Part shown: positions 42,101-56,355 of the stretch, piece by piece
Numbering within the stretch: position 1 is the stretch's first letter
Layout of the letters: each line of letters opens with the position of its first letter
Source of the DNA: Eledone cirrhosa
Lineage: Eukaryota
Assembly (NCBI GenBank): GCA_964016885.1
Contig: OZ024740.1
Location: 389,918,001 to 389,982,000, forward strand
DNA length: 64,000 nucleotides
Direction of reading: 5' to 3'
Program-made: the position numbers and the translations under genes
The notes under the pieces: generated by a model
What the model saw: the letters and a program-made list of their open reading frames with translations, nothing else
Databases searched by the model: none
Told to the model about the DNA's origin: nothing

Positions 42101-45100
42101 TTTATTCATGTTCTGTCGGAGTTAGAACCTCTATTTATTCATGTTCTGTCGCAGTTAAAACCTCTATTTATTCATGTTCTGTCGCAGTTAGAACCTCTAT
42201 TTATTCATGTTCTGTCGCAGTTAGAATCTCTGTTTATTCATGTTGTGTCGGAGTCAGAACCTCTATTTATTCATGTTCTGTCGGAGTTAGAACCTCTGTT
42301 TCTTCATGTTCTGTCGCAGTTAGAACCTCTATTTATTCATGTTCTGTCGGGTTTAGAACCTCTGTTTATTCATGTTCTGTCGCAGTTAGAACCTCTATTT
42401 ATTCATGTTCTGTCGGAGTTAGAACCTCTATTTATTCATGTTCTGTCGGAGTTAGAACCTCTGTTTATTCATGTTCTGTCGGAGTTAGAACTTCTGTTTA
42501 TTCATGTTGTTTCGGAGTTAGAACCTTTATTTATTCATGTTCTGTCGGAGTCAGAACTTCTATTTATTCATGTTCTGTCGGAGTTAGAACCTCTCTTTAT
42601 TCATGTTCTGTCGGAGTTAGAACATCTATTTATTCATGTTCTGTCGCAGTTAAAACCTCTTGTCGGAGTTAGAACCTCCATTTATTCATGTTCTGTCGGT
42701 GTTAGAACATCTATTTATTCATGTTCTGTCGCAGTTAGAACCTATATTTATTCATGTTCTGTCGGAGCTAGAACCTCATTTTATTCATGTTCTGTCGGAG
42801 TTAGAACCTCTCTTTATTCATGTTCTGTCGGAGTTAGAACCTCTATTTATTTATGTTCTGCCGGAGTTAGAACATCTATTTATTCATGTTCTGTCGCAGT
42901 TAGAACCTCTATTTATTCATGTTCTGTCGCAGTTAAAACCTCTTGTCGGAGTTAGAACCTCCATTTATTCATGTTCTGTCGGTGTTAGAACATCTATTTA
43001 TTCATGTTCTGTCGCAGTTAGAACCTATATTTATTCATGTTCTGTCGGAGCTAGAACCTCATTTTATTCATGTTCTGTCGGAGTTAGAACCTCTCTTTAT
43101 TCATGTTCTGTCGGAGTTAGAACCTCTATTTATTTATGTTCTGCCGGAGTTAGAACATCTATTTATTCATGTTCTGTCGCAGTTAGAACCTCTATTTATT
43201 CATGTTGCGTCGCAGTTAGAACCTCTTGTCGGAGTTATAACCTCTATTTATTCATGTTCTGTCGCAGTTAGAACCTCTATTTATTCATGTTCTGTCGGAG
43301 TTAGAACCTCTATCTTTTCATGTTCTGTCGGAGTTAGAACCTCTATTTATTCATGTTCTGTCGGAGTTAGAACCTCTATTTATTCATGTTCTGTCGGAGT
43401 TAGAACCTCTTGTCGGGTTAGAATCTCTATTTATTCATGTTCTGTCGGAGTTAGAACCTCTATTTATTCATGTTCTTTCGGAGTTAGAACCTCTATTTAT
43501 TCATGCTCTCTCGGAGTCAGAATGTCTATTTATTCATGTTCTGTCGCAGTTAGAACCTCTTGTCGGAGTTAGAAACTCTATTTATTTATGTTCTGTCGGA
43601 GTTAGAACCTCTGTTTATTCATGCTCTTTCGGAGTTAGAACCTCGATTTATTCATGTTCTGTCGGAGTTAGAACCTCTATTTATTCATGTTCTGTCGGAG
43701 TTAGAACCTCTATTTATTCATGTTCTGTCGGAGTTAGAACCTCTATTCATTCATGTTCTGTCGCAGTTAGAACCTCTATTTATTCATGTTCTGTCGGAGT
43801 TACAACCTCTATTTATTCATGTTCTGTCTGAGTTAGAACCTCTGTTTATTCATGTTCTGTTGGAGTTAGAACCTCTGTTTATTCATGTTCTTTCGGAGTT
43901 AGAACCTCTGTTTATTCATGTTCTATCGGAATTAGAACCTCTGTTTATTCATGTTATTTCGGATTTAGAACCTCTATTTATTCATGTTCTGTCGCAGTTA
44001 GAACCTCTATTTATTGATGTTCTGTCGCAGTTAGAACCTCTATTTATTCATGTTCTGTCGGAGTAAGAACCTCTATTTATTCATGTTCTATCGGAGTTAG
44101 AACCTCGGTTTATTCATGTTCTGTCGGAGTTAGAACCTCTATTTATTCATGTTCTGTCGCAGTTAAAACCTCTATTTATTCATGTTCTGTCGCAGTTAGA
44201 ACCTCTATTTATTGATGTTCTGTCGCAGTTAGAATCTCTGTTTATTCATGTTGTGTCGGAGTCAGAACCTCTATTTATTCATGTTCTGTCGGAGTTAGAA
44301 CCTCTGTTTCTTCATGTTCTGTCGCAGTTAGAACCTCTATTTATTCATGTTCTGTCGGGTTTAGAACCTCTGTTTATTCATGTTCTGTCGCAGTTAGAAC
44401 CTCTATTTATTCATGTTCTGTCGGAGTTAGAACCTCTATTTATTCATGTTCTGTCGGAGTTAGAACCTCTGTTTATTCATGTTCTGTCGGAGTTAGAACT
44501 TCTGTTTATTCATGTTGTTTCGGAGTTAGAACCTTTATTTATTCATGTTCTGTCGGAGTCAGAACTTCTATTTATTCATGTTCTGTCGGAGTTAGAACCT
44601 CTCTTTATTCATGTTCTGTCGGAGTTAGAACATCTATTTATTCATGTTCTGTCGCAGTTAGAACCTCTATTTATTCATGTTGCGTCGCAGTTAGAACCTC
44701 TTGTCGGAGTTATAACCTCTATTTATTCATGTTCTGTCGCAGTTAGAACCTCTATTTATTCATGTTCTCTCGGAGTTAGAACCTCTATCTTTTCATGTTC
44801 TGTCGGAGTTAGAACCTCTATTTATTCATGTTCTGTCGGAGTTAGAACCTCTATTTATTCATGTTCTGTCGGAGTTAGAACCTCTTGTCGGGGTTAGAAT
44901 CTCTATTTATTCATGTTCTGTCGGAGTTAGAACCTCTATTTATTGATGTTCTTTCGGAGTTAGTACCTCTATTTATTCATGCTTTCTCGGAGTCAGAATG
45001 TCTATTTATTCATGTTCTGTCGCAGTTAGAACCTCTTGTCGGAGTTAGAAACTCTATTTATTTATGTTCTGTCGGAGTTAGAACCTCTGTTTATTCATGT

Positions 45101-48100
45101 TCTTTCGGAGTTAGAACCTCGATTTATTCATGTTCTGTCGGAGTTAGCACCTCTATTTATTCATGTTCTGTCGGAGTTAGAACCTCTATTCATTCATGTT
45201 CTGTCGCAGTTAGAACCTCTATTTATTCATGTTCTGTCGGAGTTACAACCTCTATTTATTCATGTTCTGTCTGAGTTAGAACCTCTGTTTATTCATGTTC
45301 TTTCGGAGTTAGAATCTCTGTTTATTCATGTTGTGTCGGAGTCAGAACCTCTATTTATTCATGTTCTGTCGGAGTTAGAACCTTTATTTATTCATGTTCT
45401 GTCGGAGTCAGAACTTCTATTTATTCATGTTCTGTCGGAGTTAGAACCTCTATTTATTCATGTTCTGTCGGAGTTAGAACCTCTATTTATTCATGTTCTG
45501 TCGGAGTTAGAACCTCTATTTATTCATGTTCTGTCGGAGTTAGAACCTCTGTTTATTCTTGTTCTGTCGGAGTTAGAAGCTCTATTTATTCATGTTCTGT
45601 CGCAGTTAGAACCTCTATTTATTCATGTTCTGTCGGAGTTAGAACCTCTGTTTATTCATGTTCTGTCGGAGTTAGAACATCTATTTATTAATGTTCTGTC
45701 GCAGTTAAAACCTCTGTTTATTCATGTTCTGTCGGAGTTAGAACCTCTTGTCGGAATCAGAACCTCTATATATTCATGTTCTGTCGGAGTTAGAACCTCT
45801 ATTTATTCATGTTCTGTTGGAGTTAGAACCTCGGTTTATTCATGTTCTTTCGGAGTTAGAACCTCTGTTTATTCATGTTCTGTCGCAGTTAGAACCTCTT
45901 TTCGCAGTCAGAACCTCTATTTATTCATGTTCTGTCGGAGTTAGAACCTCTATTTATTCATGTTATGTCGGAGTTAGAACCTCTATTTATTGATGTTCTG
46001 TCGCAGTTAGAACCTCTATTTATTCATGTTCTGTCGGAGTAAGAACCTCTATTTATTCATGTTCTATCGGAGTTAGAACCTCGGTTTATTCATGTTCTTT
46101 AGGAGTTAGAACCTCTATTTATTCATGTTCTGTCGGAGTTAGAACCTCTATTTATTCATGTTCTGTCGCAGTTAGAACCTCTATTTATTCATGTTCTGTC
46201 GCAGTTAGAACCTCTATTTATTCATGTTCTGTGGGAGTTAGAACCTCGATTTATTCATGTTCTGTCGGAGTCAGAACCTCTATTTATTCAATATCTGTCG
46301 CAGTTAGAACCTCTTGTCGGAGTCAGAACCTCTATTTATTCATGTTCTGTCGGAGTCAGAAACTCTATTCATTCATGTTATGTCGGAGTCAGAACCTCTA
46401 TTTATTCAATATCTGTCGCAGTTAGAACCTCTTGTCGGAGTCAGAACCTCTGTTTATTCATATTCTGTCGGAGTCAGAACCTCTATTTATTCATGTTCTG
46501 TCGGAGTTAGAACCTCTATTTATTCATGTTCTGTCGGAGTTAGAACCTCTATTTATTCATGTTCTGTCGGAGTTAGAACCTCTATTTATTCATGTTCTGT
46601 CGCAGTTAGAACCTCCATTTATTCATGTTCTGTCGCAGTTAGAATCTCTATTTATTCATGTTCTGTCGGAGTTAGAACCTCTATTTATTCATGTTCTGTC
46701 GGAGTTAGAACCTCTGTTTATTCATGTTCTGTCGGAGTGAGACCCTGTATTTATTCATGTTCTGTCGGAGTTAGAACCTCTATTTATTCATGTTCTGTCG
46801 GAGTTAGAACCTCTGTTTATTCATGTTCATTCGGAGTTAGAACCTCTGTTTATTCATGTTCTATCGGAATTAGAACCTCTGTTTATTCATGTTCTTTCGG
46901 AGTTAGAACCTCTATTTATTCATGTTCTGTCGCAGTTAGAACCTCTTTTCGGAGTTAGAACCTCTATTTATTCATGTTCTGTCGGAGTTAGAACCTCTAT
47001 TTATTCATGTTCTGTCGGAGTTAGAACCTCTGTTTATTCTTGTTCTGTCGGAGTTAGAAGCTCTATTTATTCATGTTCTGTCGCAGTCAGAACCTCTATT
47101 TATTCATGTTCTGTCGGAGTTAGAACCTCTGTTTATTCATGTTCTGTCGGAGTTAGAACATCTATTTATTAATGTTCTGTCGCAGTTAAAACCTCTGTTT
47201 ATTCATGTTCTGTCGGAGTTAGAACCTCTTGTCGGAATCAGAACCTCTATATATTCATGTTCTCTCGGAGTTAGAACCTCTATTTATTCATGTTCTGTTG
47301 GAGTTAGAACCTCTGTTTATTCATGTTCTTTCGGAGTTAGAACCTCTGTTTATTCATGTTCTATCGGAATTAGAACCTCTGTTTATTCATGTTATTTCGG
47401 ATTTAGAACCTCTATTTATTCATGTTCTGTCGCAGTTAGAACCTCTATTTATTGATGTTCTGTCGCAGTTAGAACCTCTATTTATTCATGTTCTGTCGGA
47501 GTAAGAACCTCTATTTATTCATGTTCTATCGGAGTTAGAACCTCGGTTTATTCATGTTCTGTCGGAGTTAGAACCTCTATTTATTCATGTTCTGTCGCAG
47601 TTAAAACCTCTATTTATTCATGTTCTGTCGCAGTTAGAACCTCTATTTATTCATGTTCTCTCGCAGTTAGAATCTCTGTTTATTCATGTTGTGTCGGAGT
47701 CAGAACCTCTATTTATTCATGTTCTGTCGGAGTTAGAACCTCTGTTTCTTCATGTTCTGTCGCAGTTAGAACCTCTATTTATTCATGTTCTGTCGGGTTT
47801 AGAACCTCTGTTTATTCATGTTCTGTCGCAGTTAGAACCTCTATTTATTCATGTTCTGTCGGAGTTAGAACCTCTATTTATTCATGTTCTGTCGGAGTTA
47901 GAACCTCTGTTTATTCATGTTCTGTCGGAGTTAGAACTTCTGTTTATTCATGTTGTTTCGGAGTTAGAACCTTTATTTATTCATGTTCTGTCGGAGTCAG
48001 AACTTCTATTTATTCATGTTCTGTCGGAGTTAGAACCTCTCTTTATTCATGTTCTGTCGGAGTTAGAACATCTATTTATTCATGTTCTGTCGCAGTTAAA

Positions 48101-50100
48101 ACCTCTTGTCGGAGTTAGAACCTCCATTTATTCATGTTCTGTCGGTGTTAGAACATCTATTTATTCATGTTCTGTCGCAGTTAGAACCTATATTTATTCA
48201 TGTTCTGTCGGAGCTAGAACCTCATTTTATTCATGTTCTGTCGGAGTTAGAACCTCTCTTTATTCATGTTCTGTCGGAGTTAGAACCTCTATTTATTTAT
48301 GTTCTGCCGGAGTTAGAACATCTATTTATTCATGTTCTGTCGCAGTTAGAACCTCTATTTATTCATGTTCTGTCGCAGTTAAAACCTCTTGTCGGAGTTA
48401 GAACCTCCATTTATTCATGTTCTGTCGGTGTTAGAACATCTATTTATTCATGTTCTGTCGCAGTTAGAACCTATATTTATTCATGTTCTGTCGGAGCTAG
48501 AACCTCATTTTATTCATGTTCTGTCGGAGTTAGAACCTCTCTTTATTCATGTTCTGTCGGAGTTAGAACCTCTATTTATTTATGTTCTGCCGGAGTTAGA
48601 ACATCTATTTATTCATGTTCTGTCGCAGTTAGAACCTCTATTTATTCATGTTGCGTCGCAGTTAGAACCTCTTGTCGGAGTTATAACCTCTATTTATTCA
48701 TGTTCTGTCGCAGTTAGAACCTCTATTTATTCATGTTCTGTCGGAGTTAGAACCTCTATCTTTTCATGTTCTGTCGGAGTTAGAACCTCTATTTATTCAT
48801 GTTCTGTCGGAGTTAGAACCTCTATTTATTCATGTTCTGTCGGAGTTAGAACCTCTTGTCGGGGTTAGAATCTCTATTTATTCATGTTCTGTCGGAGTTA
48901 GAACCTCTATTTATTCATGTTCTTTCGGAGTTAGAACCTCTATTTATTCATGCTCTCTCGGAGTCAGAATGTCTATTTATTCATGTTCTGTCGCAGTTAG
49001 AACCTCTTGTCGGAGTTAGAAACTCTATTTATTTATGTTCTGTCGGAGTTAGAACCTCTGTTTATTCATGCTCTTTCGGAGTTAGAACCTCGATTTATTC
49101 ATGTTCTGTCGGAGTTAGAACCTCTATTTATTCATGTTCTGTCGGAGTTAGAACCTCTATTTATTCATGTTCTGTCGGAGTTAGAACCTCTATTCATTCA
49201 TGTTCTGTCGCAGTTAGAACCTCTATTTATTCATGTTCTGTCGGAGTTACAACCTCTATTTATTCATGTTCTGTCTGAGTTAGAACCTCTGTTTATTCAT
49301 GTTCTGTTGGAGTTAGAACCTCTGTTTATTCATGTTCTTTCGGAGTTAGAACCTCTGTTTATTCATGTTCTATCGGAATTAGAACCTCTGTTTATTCATG
49401 TTATTTCGGATTTAGAACCTCTATTTATTCATGTTCTGTCGCAGTTAGAACCTCTATTTATTGATGTTCTGTCGCAGTTAGAACCTCTATTTATTCATGT
49501 TCTGTCGGAGTAAGAACCTCTATTTATTCATGTTCTATCGGAGTTAGAACCTCGGTTTATTCATGTTCTGTCGGAGTTAGAACCTCTATTTATTCATGTT
49601 CTGTCGCAGTTAAAACCTCTATTTATTCATGTTCTGTCGCAGTTAGAACCTCTATTTATTGATGTTCTGTCGCAGTTAGAATCTCTGTTTATTCATGTTG
49701 TGTCGGAGTCAGAACCTCTATTTATTCATGTTCTGTCGGAGTTAGAACCTCTGTTTCTTCATGTTCTGTCGCAGTTAGAACCTCTATTTATTCATGTTCT
49801 GTCGGGTTTAGAACCTCTGTTTATTCATGTTCTGTCGCAGTTAGAACCTCTATTTATTCATGTTCTGTCGGAGTTAGAACCTCTATTTATTCATGTTCTG
49901 TCGGAGTTAGAACCTCTGTTTATTCATGTTCTGTCGGAGTTAGAACTTCTGTTTATTCATGTTGTTTCGGAGTTAGAACCTTTATTTATTCATGTTCTGT
50001 CGGAGTCAGAACTTCTATTTATTCATGTTCTGTCGGAGTTAGAACCTCTCTTTATTCATGTTCTGTCGGAGTTAGAACATCTATTTATTCATGTTCTGTC
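39200..50100. repeat. Tandem duplication of a 5,446/5,447-bp higher-order unit, containing internal 283-bp and ~2,008-bp duplications
   Basis: ORF pairs 39,439/44,885 through 42,943/48,389 have offset 5,446, and 43,560/49,007 has offset 5,447. The difference is a 1-bp deletion GTCGGGTT at ~43,415 versus GTCGGGGTT at ~48,860. 5,447 = 157x33 + 14x19. Confidence 0.92.
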
Positions 50101-53100
50101 GCAATTAGAACGTCTATTTATTCATGTTCCGTCGCAGTTAAAACCTCTTGTCGGAGTTAGAACCTCCATTTATTCATGTTCTGTCGGTGTTAGAACATCT
50201 ATTTATTCATGTTCTGTCGCAGTTAGAACCTATATTTATTCATGTTCTGTCGGAGCTAGAACCTCATTTTATTCATGTTCTGTCGGAGTTAGAACCTTTG
50301 TTTATTCATGTTCTGTCGGAGTTAGAACCTCTCTTTATTCATGTTCTGTCGGAGTTAGAACCTCTATTTATTTATGTTCTGCCGGAGTTAGAACATCTAT
50401 TTATTCATGTTCTGTCGCAGTTAGAACCTCTATTTATTCATGTTGCGTCGCAGTTAGAACCTCTTGTCGGAGTTATAACCTCTATTTATTCATGTTCTGT
50501 CGCAGTTAGAACCTCTATTTATTCATGTTCTGTCGGAGTTCGAACCTCTATCTTTTCATGTTCTGTCGGAGTTAGAACCTCTATTTATTCATGTTCTGTC
50601 GGAGTTAGAACCTCTATTTATTCATGTTCTGTCGGAGTTAGAACCTCTTGTCGGGGTTAGAATCTCTATTTATTCATGTTCTGTCGGAGTTAGAACCTCT
50701 ATTTATTCATGTTCTTTCGGAGTTAGAACCTCTATTTATTCATGCTCTCTCGGAGTCAGAATGTCTATTTATTCATGTTCTGTCGCAGTTAGAACCTCTT
50801 GTCGGAGTTAGAAACTCTATTTATTTATGTTCTGTCGGAGTTAGAACCTCTGTTTATTCATGTTCGGTCGGAGTTAAAAGATCTGTTTATTCATGTTCTT
50901 TCGGAGTTAGAACCTCTATTTATTCATGCTCTCTCGGAGTCAGAACGTCTATTTATTCATGTTCTGTCGCAGTTAGAACCTCTTGTCGGAGTTAGAAACT
51001 CTATTTATTTATGTTCTGTCGGAGTTAGAACCTCTGTTTATTCATGCTCTTTCGGAGTTAGAACCTCGATTTATTCATGTTCTGTCGGAGTTAGAACCTC
51101 TATTTATTCATGTTCTGTCGGAGTTAGAACCTCTATTTATTCATGTTCTGTCGGAGTTAGAACCTCTATTCATTCATGTTCTGTCGCAGTTAGAACCTCT
51201 ATTTATTCAGGTTCTGTCGGAGTTACAACCTCTATTTATTCATGTTCTGTCTGAGTTAGAACCTCTGTTTATTCATGTTCTTTCGGAGTTAGAATCTCTG
51301 TTTATTCATGTTGTGTCGGAGTCAGAACCTCTACTTATTCATGTTCTGTCGGAGTTAGAACCTCTGTTTCTTCATGTTCTGTCGCAGTTAGAACCTCTAT
51401 TTATTCATGTTCTGTCGGGTTTAGAACCTCTGTTTATTCATGTTCTGTCGCAGTTAGAACCTCTATTTATTCATGTTCTGTCGGAATTAGAACCTCTATT
51501 TATTCATGTTCTGTCGGAGGTAGAACTTCTATTTATTCATGTTCTGTCGGAGTTAGAACCTCTATTTATTCATGTTCTGTCGGAGTTAGAACATCTATTT
51601 ATTCATGTTCTGTCGCAGTTAGAACGTCTATTTATTCATGTTCCGTCGCAGTTAAAACCTCTTGTCGGAGTTAGAACCTCCATTTATTCATGTTCTGTCG
51701 GTGTTAGAACATCTATTTATTCATGTTCTGTCGCAGTTAGAACCTATATTTATTCATGTTCTGTCGGAGCTAGAACCTCATTTTATTCATGTTCTGACGG
51801 AGTTAGAACCTTTGTTTATTCATGTTCTGTCGGAGTTAGAACCTCTCTTTATTCATGTTCTGTCGGAGTTAGAACCTCTATTTATTTATGTTCTGTCGGA
51901 GTTAGAACATCTATTTATTCATGTTCTGTCGCAGTTAGAACCTCTATTTATTCATGTTGCGTCGCAGTTAGAACCTCTTGTCGGAGTTATAACCTCTATT
52001 TATTCATGTTCTGTCGCAGTTAGAACCTCTATTTATTCATGTTCTGTCGGAGTTAGAACCTCTATCTTTTCATGTTCTGTCGGAGTTAGAACTTCTATTT
52101 ATTCATGTTCTGTCGGAGTTAGAACCTCTATTTATTCATGTTCTGTCGGAGTTAGAACCTCTTGTCGGGGTTAGAATCTCTATTTATTCATGTTCTGTCG
52201 GAGTTAGAACCTCTATTTATTCATGTTCTTTCGGAGTTAGAACCTCTATTTATTCATGGTCTCTCGGAGTCAGAATGTCTATTTATTCATGTTCTGTCGC
52301 AGTTAGAACCTCTTGTCGGAGTTAGAAACTCTATTTATTTATGTTCTGTCGGAGTTAGAACCTCTGTTTATTCATGTTCTTTCGGAGTTAGAACCTCGAT
52401 TTATTCATGTTCTGTCGGAGTTAGAACCTCTATTTATTCATGTTCTGTCGGAGTTAGAACCTCTATTCATTCATGTTCTGTCGCAGTTAGAACCTCTATT
52501 TATTCATGTTCTGTCGGAGTTACAACCTCTATTTATTCATGTTCTGTCTGAGTTAGAACCTCTGTTTATTCATGTTCTTTCGGAGTTAGAACCTCTGTTT
52601 ATTCATGTTCTTTCGGAGTTAGAACCTCGATTTATTCATGTTGTGTCGGAGTCAGAACCTCTATTTATTCATGTTCTGTCGGAGTTAGAACCTTTATTTA
52701 TTCATGTTCTGTCGGAGTCAGAACTTCTATTTATTCATGTTCTGTCGGAGTTAGAACCTCTATTTATTCATGTTCTGTCGGACTTAGAACGCCTATTTAT
52801 TCATGTTCAGTCGCAGTTAAAACCTCTTGTCGGAGTTAGAACCTCCATTTATTCATGTTCTGTCGGTGTTAGAACATCTATTTATTCATGTTCTGTCGCA
52901 GTTAGAACCTATATTTATTCATGTTCTGTCGGAGCTAGAACCTCATTTTATTCATGTTCTGTCGGTGTTAGAACCTTTGTTTATTCATGTTCTGTCGCAG
53001 TCAGAACCTCTCTTTATTCATGTTCTCTCGGAGTTAGAACCTCTATTTATTCATGTTCTGTCGCAGTTAGAACCTCTATTTATTCATGTTCTGTCGGAGT

Positions 53101-56100
53101 TAGAACCTCTGTTTATTCATGTTCTTTCGGAGTTAGAACATCTATTTATTCATGTTCTGTCGGAGTCAGAACCTCTGTTTATTCATGTTCTGTCGGAGTT
53201 AGAACCTCTATTTATTCATGTTCTTTCGGAGTTAGAACGTCTGTTTATTCATGTTCTTTCGGAGTTAGAACCTCGATTTATTCATGTTCTGTCGGAGTTA
53301 GAACCTCTATTTATTCATGTTCTGTCGGAGTTAGAACCTCTATTTATTCATGTTCTGTCGGAGTTGGAACCTCTATTCATTCATGTTCTGTCGCAGTTAG
53401 AACCTCTATTTATTCATGTTCTGTCGGAGTTAGAACCTCTATTTATTCATGTTCTATCGGAGTTAGAACCTCTGTTTATTCAAGTTCTTTCGGAGTTAGA
53501 ACCTCTGTTTATTCATGTTGTGTCGGAGTCAGAACCTCTATTTATTCATGTTCTGTCGGGTTTAGAACCTCTGTTTATTCATGTTCTGTCGCAGTTCGAA
53601 CCTCTATTTCTTCATGTTCTGTCGGAGTTGGAACCTCTATTTATTCATGTTCTGTCGGAGTTACAACCTCTATTTATTCATGTTTTGTCTGAGTTAGAAC
53701 CTCTGTTTATTCATGTTCGGAGTTAAAACCTCTGTTTATTCATGCTCTGTCGCAGTTAGAACCTCTATTTATTCATGTTCTGTCGGAGTTAGAACCTCTA
53801 TTTATTCCTGTTTTGTCGGAGTGAGAACCTCTGTTTATTAATTTTCTGTCGGAGTTAGAACCTCTATTTATTCATGTTCTGTCTGTGTTAGAACCTCTAT
53901 TTATTCATGTTCTTTCGGAGTTAGAACCTCGATTTATTCATGTTCTGTCGGAGTTAGAACCTCTATTTATTCATCTTCTGTCGGAGTTAGAACCTCTATT
54001 TATTCATGTTCTGTCGGAGTTGGAACCTCTATTCATTCATGTTCTGTCGCAGTTAGAACCTCTATTTATTCATGTTCTGTCGGAGTTAGAACCTCTATTT
54101 ATTCATGTTCTGTCTGAGTTAGAACCTCTGTTTATTCATGTTCTTTCGGAGTTAGAACCTATGTTTATTCATGTTGTGTCGCAGTCAGAACCTCTATTTA
54201 TTCATGTTCTGTCGGAGTTACAACCTCTATTTATTCATGTTCTGTCTGATTTAGAACCTCTGTTTATTCATGTTCTTTCGGAGTTAGAACCTCTGTTTAT
54301 TCATGTTCTGTCGGAGTTAGAACATCTATTTATTCATGTTCTGTCGCAGTTAGAACCTCTATTTATTCATGTTCTGTCGGAGTTAGAACCTCTATTTATT
54401 CATGTTCTGTCGGAGTTAGAACATCTATTTATTCATGTTCTGTCGCAGTTAGAACCTCTATTTATTCATGTTGCGTCGCAGTTAGAACCTCTATTTATTC
54501 ATGTTCTGTCGGAGTTAGAACCTCTGTTTATTCATGTTCTGTCGTAGTTAGAACCTCTATTTATTCATGTTCTGTCGTAGTTAGAACCTCTATTTATTCA
54601 TGTTCTGTCGGAGTTAGAACCTCTTGTCGGGGTTAGAACCTCTATTTATTCATGTTCTTTCGGAGTTAGAACCTCTATTTATCCATGCGCTGTCGGAGTC
54701 AGAACGTCTATTTATTCATGTTCTGTCGCAGTTAGAACCTCTTATCGGAGTTAGAACCTGTATTTATTCATGTTCCGTCGGAGTTAGGACCTCTATTTAT
54801 TCATGTTCTCTCGGAGTTAGAACCTCTGTTTATTCATGTTCTTTCGGAGTTAGAACCTCGATTTATTCATGTTCTGTCGGAGTTAGAACCTCTATTTATT
54901 CATGTTCTGTCGGAGTTAGAACCTCTATTTATTCATGTTCTGTCGGAGTTAGAACCTCATTTTATTCATGTTCTGTCAGAATTAGAACCTCTGTTTATTC
55001 ATGTTCTGTCGGAGTTAGAACCTCTATTTATTCATGTTCTGTCGGAGTTAGAACCTCTATATATTCATGTTCTTTCGGAGTTAGAACCTCTATTTATCCA
55101 TGCTCTGTCGGAGTCAGAACGTCTGTTTATTCATGTTCTGTCGCAGTTAGAACCTCTTGTCGGAGTTAGAACCTGTATTTATTCATGTTCTGTCGGAGTT
55201 AGGACCTCTATTTATTGATGTTCTGTCGGAGTTAGAACCTCTGTTTATTCATGTTCTTTCGGAGTTAGAACCTCGATTTATTCATGTTCTGCCGCAGTTA
55301 GAACCTCTATTTATTCATGTTCTGTCGGAGTTAGAACCTCTATTTATTCATGTTCTGTCGGAGTTAGAACCTCTATTTATTCATGTTCTGTCGGAGTTAG
55401 GACCTCTATTTATTGATGTTCTGTCGGAGTTAGAACCTCTGTTTATTCATGTTCTTTCGGAGTTAGAACCTCGATTTATTCATGTTCTGTCGCAGTCAGA
55501 ACCTCTATTTATTCATGTTCTGTCGGAGTTAGAACCTCTATTTATTCATGTTCTGTCGGAGTTAGAACCTCTATTTATTCATGTTCTGTCGGAGTTAGAA
55601 CCTCTATTTATTCATGTTCTGTCGGAGTTAGAACCTCATTTTATTCATGTTCTGTCGGAGTTAGAACCTCTGTTTATTCATGTTCTATCGGAGTTAGAAC
55701 CTCTGTTTATTCATGTTCTATCGGAGTTAGAACCCCTGTTTATTCATGTTCTATCGGAGTCAGAACCTCTATTTATTCATGTTCTGTCGGAGTTAGAACC
55801 TCTGTTTCTTCATGTTCTGTCGCAGTCAGAACCTCTATTTATTCATGTTCTGTCGGAGTTAGAACCTCTATTTATTCATGTTCTGTCGCAGTTAGAACCT
55901 CTATTTATTCATGTTCTGTCGGAGTTAGAACCTCTGTTTATTCATGTTCTGTTGGAGTTAGAACCTCTATTTATTCATTTTCTGTCGGAGTCAGAACCTC
56001 TATTTATTCATGTTCTGTCGGAGTTAGAACCTCTTGTCGGAGTTAGAACCTCTATTTATTCATGTTCCGTCGGAGTTAGAACATCTATTTATTCATGTTC

Positions 56101-56355
56101 TGTCGGAGTTAGAACCTCTGTTTATTCATGTTCTGTCGGAGTTAGAACCTCTATTTATTCATGTTCTGTCGGAGTCAGAACATCTGTTTATTCATGTTCT
56201 GTCGGAGTTAGAACCTCTATTTATTCCTGTTTTGTCGGAGTCAGAACCTCTGTTTATTCATTTTCTGTCGGAATTAGAACCTCTATTTATTCATGTTCTG
56301 TCGGAGTTAGAACCTCTATTTATTCATGTTCTGTCGCAGTTAGAACCTCTATTTA

